A stretch of 64,000 nucleotides of DNA from Histomonas meleagridis 2922-C6/04-290x. Its lineage: Eukaryota; Protista; Parabasalia. Shown here one piece after another: positions 9,055-20,162 of the stretch. The stretch is taken from assembly GCA_020184695.1 (NCBI GenBank), contig JAANOX010000188.1, forward strand, positions 1 to 64,000. Direction: 5' to 3'. The number at the start of each line of letters is the position of its first letter. The stretch's first letter is position 1. The notes under the pieces are model-generated. The model saw nothing but the letters and a program-made list of their open reading frames with translations, made no database searches and was not told the DNA's origin. The position numbers were made by a program, and so were the translations under genes.

Positions 9055-12000
9055 TCAAAATTCCAATGCTTCATCATTGTCTTGGTCTTTCATATTAATT
9101 TCATTTTCATTTGATACTTTTTCTTTCTTCTTATATAAGTATATCACCACTCCGATTATAGCACCAATTACTATAACGACAACAATTACGACAACTACAA
9201 TTATTACGGTATTATCATTATCATTATTTGTATCATTTGTTTCTATTTGTAATTCACATCCATTGATAGCACTTCCTTTACTAACATTTAATCCGCCAAA
9301 AGTATTCCTTTCGTAATGATTTAATGTCATTATTTTATTAGCACTAATTCCATAAAAAGCATTTTCTCCAATTTCAATTTCATTTTCACCATAAAACCAA
9401 ATACAATTTAATCCAAGACAATACATAAAAGCACATTCACCAATTTTTTCAACATTTTCATCTATAATAACAATTTCTAAATTCGAACATTCAAGAAATG
9501 AATAACTTCCAATTTCTTTAATCGAATTAGAAATTGTTATATTCTTTAATTGTGTATTTTTAGCAAATGAATAATCATCAATTACTTCAATAGAATTTGG
9601 AATATCAAATGTTTCATCTAATTTCTTTATTGGATAATAAATAATTTTCGATATATCTTTATTATAAATTATTCCATCATTATTATAATTTGAATAATAT
9701 AAATTGTTTTCATTGACATTTATTGATTGAATATTTGGTAAATTTTTTAATGAAGTAATTTCAAATGTTTGGAGGTTTTCACTAAAAATTAATGTTTCTA
9801 AGTTAGGACAACTCGAAAATACATTTCCAACAATTTTATTAACTGAATTAGGAACTGTATAAGTTTTATCTGTTTTACCATAAGGATAACAAATTATTGA
9901 TGAGATTTCTTTATTATAAAGGACTCCATCATTATTATAATTCGAATAATATTCATTATCATCAATATTAATTGATTCAATGTATTTACAATTTGAAAAA
10001 ATGTTTTCTTTAATTGTTGTTATTGTATTTGGTATTGTATACGTTTTATCTTTTTTACCTTCTGGATAACATATAATTTTTGAGATTTCTTTATTATAAA
10101 GGATTCCATTATTACATGTGTAATATGAATTCTCTTGTGATATTTCAAATATTTGTAATGTTTTACAATTTGAAAATGCATTATTTTCAATTGCTCTTAT
10201 CGAGGTTGGTAATATAATATTTGTTAATTTGCTACATGATTTAAATGCTGATATACCAATTGTTTGAAGATTTTCACCAAATGTTATTTCTCTTAAGTTA
10301 ATACATGATTCAAATGCAGAAACACCAATTTCTGTAACACTTTCTAAGATAACAATTTTACTTAACTTATCCCAATTTTTCATAAATCCATTTTCGATTT
10401 TTGTTATGTTTTCACGAAAGATTACATTACAGAATATTTCTTGAATAAATATCTTTTGATAATGAGAAATACCATAATTTGTTGTGATGATTATTGTAAT
10501 AATTTTTAATAATGTACATTCCGAAAATACATTTTCTTCAATTGTTTCAATATTTCCTCCAATTGTTATATTATTTAATTTGTTACATCCATAAAATGCA
10601 TTTTCTCCAATAAATATAACTGAAGTTGGAATAGTAATATTAATTAAATTAACACAATATGCAAATGCTTTACTTCGAATATATTTCAGGTTTTCTTCAA
10701 GTTTAACTACTTCTAAAGCAGTACATGATTCAAATGAAGATTCATCGATTGTAATTACTGAGTTTGGCAAAATAATACTTGTTAATTTACTACATGATTT
10801 AAATGCTGATATACCAATTATTTGAATATTATTTCCAAATGTTATTTCACTTAAATTAGTACATGATTCAAATGCAGAAACACCAATTTCTTTAACACTT
10901 TCTGAAATAAAAACATTTGTTAATGCCTTCAAATTTTTCATAAATTCATTATCGATTTTTGTTATTGTTCCATTAAATATTGCACTAAACATCATGTTAT
11001 CCTTAATAATATTTCGATAAGGTATAAAATCTATATTCTTTGTTATTATAATTGTAATATATTTTAAGTTACAATTTAGAAATACATATTCACCGAATGA
11101 TATAATATTACTTACAATTGTAACATTACATAAATTAGAACACATATGAAATGCATAAGAACCAATTGAAGTAAGTGAATATGGAAGAATAATATTTGTT
11201 AAAGATTGACATAAATAAAATGATTGATCACCAATTTTTTCCAAATTATTTCCAAGTGTAACTTTTTCTAATGAATTACAATTTCCAAATGCTAATTCTG
11301 CAATTTCAATAACAGAATTTGTAATTATAATTTCTTTGATACAACATCCTGAAAATCCTTCTTTACCAATTGTTTTAATATTATCATTTAAAACAATTTC
11401 TTCTAATTTTTCACATGAACTAAATGAAGATTCCTCAATTTTATCTAATGAATTTGGTAACGTAATACTTCTTAAGCCTGTTACTTTAAAAGCAGATTCA
11501 CCAATTCTTTTTATATTATTTCCAAATGTTACATTCGATAATAAAGTACATTTATAAAAAGCAAAGTCATCAATTAAACCAAGTGAATCAGGAAATATAA
11601 TTGATTTAATTCTATAACATTGTTCAAAAGAATTTTGATGAATTGCTTCTAAATTCGGTCCAAATGTTATATTTTCTAAGTTTTCACATTTATAAAATGC
11701 GAAGCTTTCAATGGATATCAATGACTTTGGAAATATAATATTTTTCATTAGCAACTTATAAAATGAAAAATTTCCAATTTTTTTAATATTATCTCCAAAT
11801 GTTACATTTTCTAATTTTGTTCCATAAAATGAATAAAGTTCAATTTTTTCAACATTTTCACCAAATTTAATACTTTTCAAACAATTACAATTTGTAAATG
11901 CATAACCACCAATTGTGATTACTGAATCAGGTATTACAATATCTATTAATGAGGTACAAGAATGAAATGTATTATTTCCAATAACTTGAAGGTTATTACC

Positions 12001-13230
12001 AAAAGTTATATTTAAATTCGTACAACTTTCAAAAGCTGAATCACCAATGGTAATAACCGAATTTGGAATAACAACATTTGTAATTTTTGAACACATTTTA
12101 AATGAAGAATCACCAATTTTAGTGATACCTTCTCCAAGAATTACTGTTTTTAAATATGGACATGAATCAAAAGCTGATTTTCCTATTTCTTTAATGTTAG
12201 CATCAATAATAACAGAAATTAATTTATTATATCCTTTCCATGCTTCATCTTCTATTTTATCAAATTCTCCTATATAAACTATGGAACATTGGATATTATT
12301 TATATTATATATTGCATTTTTAAAATCTCTTGTTATGTTACCAACAGGTGAAATAACTGTAACATTCTTTAAATTTCCACAATAATTAAATGGAAGAATA
12401 CCAAAACTTGTTACGTTTGCTCCAATTATAACATTTGTTAACGATGAACAATGTGAAAAAACTTCATCACCAAATATAGAAACTGAAAGTGGAATTGTAA
12501 TATTTGTTAATTTTGAACATTCTCTAAATGATTGTTTACCTAATGTTGTAAGTTTATCACCAAATGTTACTTCAAGTAAACTTGTACATGAGCGAAATGC
12601 TGATTCTTCAATTGTGATTAATTCTTTTGGAAAATTAATAGTTGTTAATGAATTACAATAATAAAATGCATCTTCCCCAATTGTTTGAATGTTATCAGGA
12701 AGTTTAACTGTCTCTAAATTATTGCATTCATAAAATGTTTCCAATTTAATTTCCGTAACTCCATTGGGGATGGAAATGCTCTTTAAAGTACGACATAAGA
12801 AAAATGCACTTTGAAATTTAGTAAGACCTTCGCCAAGGTCAATGTTTACCAAAGAACAATTTTGAAAAACAGAATTACCTATTGTAGTAACTGAATTTGG
12901 GAGCGTTAAGGTAGTAAACGTGCATGAATGAAAAGCAAAACCAAGAATTTCTTCTAGCCCATATTCAATTTCGACATTTTTAAGGTTATAACAACCGTAA
13001 AATGCTTCTTCTGCAATAGTTTTAACTGAGCTTCCTACATGTACATACTGCAGTAAATACCACCTTTTACATAATGCTTCTGGAACTGTTTGAATTTCTC
13101 CTTGAATAAATAGATATTCTGTTTTATCAAAATATTTGGTTATTGGGGAATCGTCGACAATAACAAGCGTTTTATTCTCAGCGAAATAGGTTTCAATTTG
13201 AAGAGTTAATGAAAAAAATAGTGCAAACAT
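9055..13230 (-). CDS. BspA-like TpLRR (LRR_5) surface protein, type I membrane
   Basis: Dozens of xxIgxxAFxxCxxLxxIxIP repeats, a signal peptide from ATG 13230 (MFALFFSLTL), a C-terminal TM (TVIIVVVVIVVVIVIGAIIGVVIYL) and a KKK stop-transfer. Confidence 0.93.
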   Translation of the reverse strand: MFALFFSLTLQIETYFAENKTLVIVDDSPITKYFDKTEYLFIQGEIQTVPEALCKRWYLLQYVHVGSSVKTIAEEAFYGCYNLKNVEIEYGLEEILGFAFHSCTFTTLTLPNSVTTIGNSVFQNCSLVNIDLGEGLTKFQSAFFLCRTLKSISIPNGVTEIKLETFYECNNLETVKLPDNIQTIGEDAFYYCNSLTTINFPKELITIEESAFRSCTSLLEVTFGDKLTTLGKQSFRECSKLTNITIPLSVSIFGDEVFSHCSSLTNVIIGANVTSFGILPFNYCGNLKNVTVISPVGNITRDFKNAIYNINNIQCSIVYIGEFDKIEDEAWKGYNKLISVIIDANIKEIGKSAFDSCPYLKTVILGEGITKIGDSSFKMCSKITNVVIPNSVITIGDSAFESCTNLNITFGNNLQVIGNNTFHSCTSLIDIVIPDSVITIGGYAFTNCNCLKSIKFGENVEKIELYSFYGTKLENVTFGDNIKKIGNFSFYKLLMKNIIFPKSLISIESFAFYKCENLENITFGPNLEAIHQNSFEQCYRIKSIIFPDSLGLIDDFAFYKCTLLSNVTFGNNIKRIGESAFKVTGLRSITLPNSLDKIEESSFSSCEKLEEIVLNDNIKTIGKEGFSGCCIKEIIITNSVIEIAELAFGNCNSLEKVTLGNNLEKIGDQSFYLCQSLTNIILPYSLTSIGSYAFHMCSNLCNVTIVSNIISFGEYVFLNCNLKYITIIITKNIDFIPYRNIIKDNMMFSAIFNGTITKIDNEFMKNLKALTNVFISESVKEIGVSAFESCTNLSEITFGNNIQIIGISAFKSCSKLTSIILPNSVITIDESSFESCTALEVVKLEENLKYIRSKAFAYCVNLINITIPTSVIFIGENAFYGCNKLNNITIGGNIETIEENVFSECTLLKIITIIITTNYGISHYQKIFIQEIFCNVIFRENITKIENGFMKNWDKLSKIVILESVTEIGVSAFESCINLREITFGENLQTIGISAFKSCSKLTNIILPTSIRAIENNAFSNCKTLQIFEISQENSYYTCNNGILYNKEISKIICYPEGKKDKTYTIPNTITTIKENIFSNCKYIESINIDDNEYYSNYNNDGVLYNKEISSIICYPYGKTDKTYTVPNSVNKIVGNVFSSCPNLETLIFSENLQTFEITSLKNLPNIQSINVNENNLYYSNYNNDGIIYNKDISKIIYYPIKKLDETFDIPNSIEVIDDYSFAKNTQLKNITISNSIKEIGSYSFLECSNLEIVIIDENVEKIGECAFMYCLGLNCIWFYGENEIEIGENAFYGISANKIMTLNHYERNTFGGLNVSKGSAINGCELQIETNDTNNDNDNTVIIVVVVIVVVIVIGAIIGVVIYLYKKKEKVSNENEINMKDQDNDEALEF

Positions 13231-13427
13231 TAAAATACTAAACCGAATTTGAGGCAAAAAATTTGAATAAAATTATAAAGCATTGAAAAGCAATGTAAAA
13301 TGGCATTTTTTTTAATTTTGGGTAAACAAGCACGTTTATCAGACAATTGATTAATAACTTTACATAACCGGTTTTTTAAGTTGATGTAAACTATTCAATT
13401 ATCCGAGATGAAAATTGGGTTTTCCTC

Positions 13428-15770
13428 ATGAATTACTCTGTTTTTAAGGAACCTAATATTCTAAATCATGGGGATAAATATGATTCACCAAATCTATATC
13501 AAAAATTGGTTTTTAATCAATTTTCAGCTTTAAGAAATGCATCTCGAATTGAACATTATTTTATCAATCATCATTCTCAACGATTTATCATTTTCACTTC
13601 TGTTATTTTTATTGTTCTTGTTATTGTTGGATTTATTTTATTAGCTTTTTTGACATGCAATTATATTAATGAGCATATTGAAGCACGTTGTCTTTCCTTA
13701 ATGAACTCAATACATACACAAATTGAAAATGTAGTTCTTGATGATTTTAATGAATCCGAATTTTTTACTAATATAATATCATCACTTTTTTCTTACCCAC
13801 CATTACTTTATCTCACCGAAGGCAATGCTAGCAAAATAGCGCATCTTTTATCTCAAGCTCATATTTCTAGTTCTGGTCATATTTCATGGTGGGATTTTAG
13901 TATATCAGATGGACGACAAATTACCCTTGAATCCAACACATATATTTCATATTGTAATACCACTATTGGCCATCCAGATGTCAAACGATCCTGGCTTTTA
14001 AATGATGAGTCATTTCCATATGAGAATGGAATCCCACTTTCATCATGTAATTCCACCTCTCGTTCCTGGTATCAAAAGGCCGCAAGCTCACCGCATGAAT
14101 TAATTTGGACTGATTTTAGTCAAGAACGGTTTACTCGTGGAGATTTAGTTATAACATTATCTACTCGAACCATCCATAATAGTAATGACACTATAATTGG
14201 TGTATTTTCGACCGGAATCGAGATAGCGTTAGCTGATAAAATCTTGGAAACGATTTTGCCCACATCAAACTCACGACTTGCAGTAACGGCGTCAACCGGC
14301 GATGTCTTAGCCATCACTGGGAACAACTCGTTAGCTATTGGCGAGTTCAACAACACATTTATAACACGACAACTTGATAATTTTGATGACGATATATGGA
14401 AATGTATCACTGAGAACATTCAAGAGACACATGAAACGAGTAATATTATATATTGTAATACAAATTCCAAAAATTATAAATATTATTGGAAGAGTGAAAT
14501 TAAACAAGTCACTGAAGATACACAAAGAGTTATATATTCTGCTTTATGTGTTGATGACCTTGTTGGAGATTATAGTTCATTTGCGCGTAAATGTTTTTTA
14601 AATATATATTTATTTGTTGCGATGATTTTATTGATTATATTTTTAATGGTACAATCAATACAAAGATATTTATCATTCCAAAAAAAGAGATCGTTAATGA
14701 AAGATAAAGTTATGTCGATAAATAGACATACACAGCCAATTGGTTTTTATCGCGCATTAAATAACTTGGAAAAATTGAAAATTTCATATAGTGACAACAA
14801 AAAAATATCAAAAGAATTAAATGAGACAATTAATTTAATTTATTATTATGTAATACATGAAGATGAGTTTATAAATAATCAATTCTCTAATATTAAAAAC
14901 CCTAAAGTTAAAAACATTTTACAAAAATTATATTGTAATAATGAAACAATATTTTTATATAAGCCGACAAACGAAAATTCAAATAATTCGAATAACGATA
15001 GGAAGTATTCCTTTGAAAAAAGATATTTTTCTGAACAAGAGTCATTCAAAAATCAGAGTCAAAATATTTGCAAAGAATTCATTGAAAATTGCGGTTTATT
15101 TAAAACCAGTAAAGTACTGAAAATTTTCAATTCGTTTTTATCGTCGATCGATAAGAACATTTTACCTTTTGTAACTGATTCATTTGATTTAATTAATTTA
15201 ATATATAACAAAGGAGTATTAAATAAATACCGTGATTCAGATATGGAGTTAGCAGTAATTGTAGCATCATTATGTTTCCATATTACAATGAATGAACGAT
15301 TTAGCAAAAAGCAATCTGATATTGGACATTACTTTATAACTGACTTAAAAATGATCAATGAATATACCAAAGAAATATTATTAATGTTATATGATACAAT
15401 ACGTGTTAAATCATCGAAAAGATGGAAATCATTTGTTTGCGTTGTGAATGAAATCGTTTCGACAATTCCAATATATTATCATGAAACAGTAATTCTAAAA
15501 TTCGAAACATTGTTTAATAATGCAAATGATAATGACATCACAAGTCAACATTTGTTACTCATGTCGAAAATGATCGAAAACTTGTCGATTGTTTCGTACG
15601 TGTTTCATCCATTGGATATGCGAACTGAGATAACAAGTAAAATACACGCAAACGACGACATGTACGTGAATTGTATAATAAAAGAACTGATAAAACCTTC
15701 GCTGGCCGCGCTAAGACATGTGTTGGATGCGCAGTTCTTAGGATCAATGCAAGAAGTACTCTCAAGGTGA
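13428..15770 (+). CDS. Two-TM receptor-like protein: extracellular Cache-like domain plus degenerate PDE-like cytoplasmic domain
   Basis: TMs at ~aa54-76 and ~392-410. Cache-like SRSWYQKAA...IWT...VITLS...IIGVFSTGI. The tail has ELAVIVASLCFH, resembling PDE E.lAl.iAalcHD, without the metal ligands. Confidence 0.5.
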   Translation: MNYSVFKEPNILNHGDKYDSPNLYQKLVFNQFSALRNASRIEHYFINHHSQRFIIFTSVIFIVLVIVGFILLAFLTCNYINEHIEARCLSLMNSIHTQIENVVLDDFNESEFFTNIISSLFSYPPLLYLTEGNASKIAHLLSQAHISSSGHISWWDFSISDGRQITLESNTYISYCNTTIGHPDVKRSWLLNDESFPYENGIPLSSCNSTSRSWYQKAASSPHELIWTDFSQERFTRGDLVITLSTRTIHNSNDTIIGVFSTGIEIALADKILETILPTSNSRLAVTASTGDVLAITGNNSLAIGEFNNTFITRQLDNFDDDIWKCITENIQETHETSNIIYCNTNSKNYKYYWKSEIKQVTEDTQRVIYSALCVDDLVGDYSSFARKCFLNIYLFVAMILLIIFLMVQSIQRYLSFQKKRSLMKDKVMSINRHTQPIGFYRALNNLEKLKISYSDNKKISKELNETINLIYYYVIHEDEFINNQFSNIKNPKVKNILQKLYCNNETIFLYKPTNENSNNSNNDRKYSFEKRYFSEQESFKNQSQNICKEFIENCGLFKTSKVLKIFNSFLSSIDKNILPFVTDSFDLINLIYNKGVLNKYRDSDMELAVIVASLCFHITMNERFSKKQSDIGHYFITDLKMINEYTKEILLMLYDTIRVKSSKRWKSFVCVVNEIVSTIPIYYHETVILKFETLFNNANDNDITSQHLLLMSKMIENLSIVSYVFHPLDMRTEITSKIHANDDMYVNCIIKELIKPSLAALRHVLDAQFLGSMQEVLSR

Positions 15771-15945
15771 ATGTGTTATATGAATAAATGTGTTTTTATG
15801 TCTTTTTATTATTGACGTAATGCAAACTGAAAGAATTTGATAATGTACAAAGGATTTTAATTAAATATGGATATTAATAAATAGAATAACAAAATATATA
15901 CAAAAAGTACCAATGGAAGGTATTGAATTATCGGAATAATTTATA

Positions 15946-16830
15946 ATGCAAGATTGCACAAAAACAACAAAATCTTTCAAAATAGAAAATAAAAATTCAA
16001 AAAACCAAAGTATCTCTATGGAAACACTTGTTTCACTTGAAAGAAAAATATTTAACTTAAGTAAAGAAAATCTTGCTACAGTAGTTGAACTAACAATGGA
16101 ATTATTTGGCATGAATTTTCCATATTCATATAATTTATTGATTTGTAATTTGGTTTACTTTGCATTTTATTCACAAAGAAATATAAGTGATCTTTATTTG
16201 AGTTACTTAGAAACAATTCAAACAAAAGAAAAAGAAATTGATCAAAACATCACTTCAATTATTAAAAGTTTTTTGTGATAATATAAAAAAAATCAATTCA
16301 CAAGAATCAAATTATTTAATTGAGAAAATGATTGATCATAATTTAGTAAGTTCAAACATTACCAACGATATTAAATCCAAATATTTTGCACACTTTAAAA
16401 CAGAAAAAGAAAATATTCAAAAATATTATGATGATCCATTTAGCGATGCTTTTTTAATAAATTACAAAAAACTTTTAATGAATGATTGGGAACTTCATAA
16501 GAAATTAATTAAAGAAGGAGTTAATCCAAATGAAATTGTAAAATTAATCCGAAACGATGAAATAGAAAAACTTCAAGAAATATCATCACAAAATGGTTTT
16601 GATTTTAATCAAGCAATTGAGCCATCACTTTATGATGTTCATTCATTAATCAAAAAAAAATGTTTCACTTGTTGATTATGCAGCATTTTTTTCTGCTGTT
16701 AATTGTTTTAAGCATTTGTTGCTAAATGGTGCAAATATAAATAACACAGGCAAATATGCAATTGCTGGTGGGAATTTAGAAATAATTCATTTATGTGAAC
16801 AGAATCATTCATCATTTGAAGATGCATATC
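15946..16830 (+). pseudogene. Truncated, frameshifted DUF3447-type ankyrin paralog (locus 3)
   Basis: NDWELHKKLIKEGVNPNEIVKLIRNDEIEKLQE and, in another frame, AAFFSAVNCFKHLLLNG and KYAIAGGNLEIIHLCEQNHSSFEDAY. Frameshifts near 16260 and at an A-tract near 16655; ends before the ankyrin repeats. Confidence 0.8.
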
Positions 16831-17226
16831 ATTAGTTCATCTATTGAATGTTAAGATAAACATCAAATGAATAAGTAGGTTGTATTAAATGGATAAATGA
16901 TTTCCAAATTCAAATGATTTTGAGAGTCTCATACTCAAAAAGCTCTATCGGTTTGCTGTGGTAGTACCAAGATTTACATAAAAGAATTATTAATAAATAA
17001 AATCAAATAAGTTTGCTTGATATAGCATAGCGAATTTGTTAAACTTTAAAACAAAAATAAAATATTATTTAAAACTTTTAATAAATTATCAAAAAAAATT
17101 ATAATGAAAAACATTAGGAATCAATTTTGTTGTTTTATGCAATGAAAAGGGTATTTTTATGAACGAACACCAAAATTTTGTTCTTTGTTATCATCATTGC
17201 TATTATCATTTTTAATAATAATGATT

Positions 17227-18878
17227 TTACATAATAATCATTTTATCATTATCATTAAATGATCCCTCATTAATTTGATTTCTTTTCTTTCGAATGTAAA
17301 TTAAAAATACAATAATTAATGAAGCAACAATAACGATTCCAATTGCAACTCCAACACCAATATAAATGTTTGTTTTATTATAATTTTTATTTTCACTATT
17401 TTTATCCATATTAATATCTGAATAAGACATGAAGTAATCAGAATAAGCACTAAGTGTAAAATCATAAGATATAACTAATGTTGAAAAATATGTTGATATT
17501 GAATTGGTATTGGTGAGAATCATTGAATTGATATATGTGCTATAATAACTAAATGTTTGTGTCATTGATAAAACATATGTCACTGAATATGAATGTATTG
17601 AAGGTACAGAAGATGGGTGTGTTTCTGTAAATGTGGAATATGATGAAAATGTATTTGGTTTAGTAGGTGTATTTGAATGTGAACCTGAAAATGAATATGA
17701 ATATGATGCTGAACTTGAACTTGAATTGGAAAAAGAATTTGTATATGTAAATGAATTTGTTTCATTTGGTGTTGGAATTAGAGTACATCCTTCGATTATT
17801 TCATTCGTCACATTTAAATATCCAAATTTTTTGTCTCTATATGTTTTACTGACCATAACAGATTTCGCTAAAATATTTATAAAGGCATCCATTCTAATAT
17901 TTGGAGAAGTTTCACCAAAAAAGTAAATACATTTGAGTGCAGAACAATAATTAAATGCTTCAGATCTAATATATTTTACATTTTTACCGATGACTATTGT
18001 TTCCAATTTTTCGCAGTAATAAAAAGCTAGTTCTTCAATTTCTATAACAGAGTCAGGAATTACTAATCTTGGAAACGTGCATTCTAAGAATGCAGAAATT
18101 TTTATAATACTCACATTTGTTCCTAATTTAATTGATAATATATCCCTGCAACAATAAAATGCACTTTCTTCAATAGAAGTTACTGAATCAGGAAGTTTAT
18201 ATTCTTTTGATGGTTTTCCGGCTGGGTAACTTATAATCTTTGTCAAATTCCTATCAAATAAAACTCCATCAACTTGTAAATAATGTTGATTGTTTTCTGA
18301 AATGTTTATCATTTGCAGTTTTTTGCAGGAAATAAATGGATTGGGTGGTATTAAAGAAACTGTACTTGGAATTGTAACATATGTAAGATTATAACATCTG
18401 TAAAACATGTAGTAACCTATTGACTGAACACCTTCTTCAAAAATTACAGTTTCAAGACCAGTGCACATATAGAATACTTCTGATCCAACTGTTGTAAGAG
18501 GAGCTTTAAAAGTAAAGTTTTTTAATGCTTTACAATCTTGGAATGCACGGCTAGAAATTTCTGTTATACCTTCCTCAACTGAAACTTTTTCTAAAACAGA
18601 ACAATAAGCAAATGCACCATCTCCAATTGCTTTGACAAATTATTAATTACAACAGTATTCAATAAAGTCCATTTATAAAAAGCTAGATTAGGAATTTTTG
18701 TTATTCCACTTGAAATGATAACATGCTTTGTTTTGTTTTTGTATTCGTCTGTAAATTCTTCTGGATTTGTAATTGTTAGTGTTGCTGTAGCGTCATCAAA
18801 TTTTTGTACTGAATGAGAAATAAAGATGATAAACATTATGAATGTGAATTTCATATTCATTGAGATCATATTGTTCAA
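17227..18878 (-). pseudogene. BspA-like LRR protein with Ser/Thr-rich stalk and TM; one frameshift near 18620 (pseudogene or assembly error)
   Basis: The N-terminal ORF 18591-18878 continues in another frame as VKAIGDGAFAYCSVLEKV into ORF 17227-18468. S/T/Y-rich stalk, then TM IYIGVGVAIGIVIVASLIIVFLIYI. Confidence 0.8.
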
Positions 18879-19162
18879 AGAAGCAATAATATTTTTGACC
18901 TAAAAACTATTTCGAAATAAAGATGCCTTTACGTGTTGTTTTCAATAGTTTGATTTTTTATGTAAGTCCTTAATTATTTCAGAAGTTAGAGCATCACAAA
19001 ATTTGTGTGAAAGCAATACTTCATAAAATGGTCACGATTTCAAATAATTCAAGTCTAGACTTAAGTTTAATTAAGAACAGACAGCATACTGTCTTCACAT
19101 ATTAATAACTTATATCAAATCAAAATAAAAATTTAATATATATAAACATTTTATTCATACAT

Positions 19163-19698
19163 TTATTCTTTTTGATTTTCATGTTTCTTTGCTTCTTTCC
19201 ACTTTTCAAGATTTGAATTCAAATGTTGAACATTGCATTCAAGTTTAGGCACAGCTTTAGATACTGCCTGAAACAAACGAAATTATAAAATCCAATTTGA
19301 CTTTTCCGCTTATCAAGGTGCGCTCTATCATTTAGGTCAGACGTATATTCCATTCCGCGTGCTTTCTCCAAGTCTCCTTGACGAAAAAATTCATCGCAAA
19401 GAACTTCGCTCCATTTATCAGCCAATTGGAACGGCCGCGCAACATTTGATACGTCGCTACACTTTAAAATTAATTTTAACAACAGATTTCTACAATGTGA
19501 ATCATTCATTGTAAATTTACCTTCCGAGAAAATGTTATCGAATTCTTTTAATATATCGAAATACTTTGCCATATCAGTTGCTAATATTAATGAGATGATT
19601 AATGACCACATGTTTTTGTTTTCAACAGGTGATAATGAATGAAAAAGATCAATAATGTGTGTGCCTATTTTTGTACCTGCAAAAGCATATTGTTTCAT
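19163..19698 (-). pseudogene. Class I cyclic nucleotide phosphodiesterase C-terminal fragment
   Basis: ILATDM, LILKCSDVSNVARPF, EFFRQGDLEK, SQIGFYNFVC. The N-terminal HNxxH/HD region is missing, and a frameshift follows FVC (QAVSKAVPKL..LEKWKE* continues in another frame). Confidence 0.85.
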
Positions 19699-20132
19699 AC
19701 TAAATGAAAGATTTGATGAACCAATGCGCTAAGATTTTCTTGATGGAGGCTTCTCTATCGGCTTGAACATATGTTTTTTTTTAATAAAACTTTAGACTTA
19801 AGTCCAAATTAAGCGCAAAGGATTATATTTTTAAGACACTATTTTGTTTCATTAATACATATTATGAGTGTTTTTCAAAATATAGGATCAATTAAGGCAT
19901 TTTGGATAAAGGTAAATTTACCTACCTTTACTTCTTTAGTTTACATACAACTAATTAGTTGTATGAAATAATACACTTAACTTTATCAATGTAATTTAAG
20001 AAAATATTTTTTATTCGCTATTTCATTCAGATTTGGTACTCTAAATGATAAATGAATATTGCTCATATATATCGATAAGTTATGCTAATCAATTTATTGC
20101 TTCTCCTCTTTAGACATTTTTTATTCTATTGA

Positions 20133-20140
20133 TAACGGTC
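20133..20140. promoter_or_regulatory. M3/Myb-element-like core promoter motif (example of a recurrent motif)
   Basis: TAACGGTC 30 bp before the Hsp70 ATG. Similar (T/A)AACGG or CCGTT sites precede ATGs at 3364, 33665, 39133, 53445, 54399, 57064 and 58506. Confidence 0.55.
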
Positions 20141-20162
20141 GTTATAAATATTTCAAGTTACA

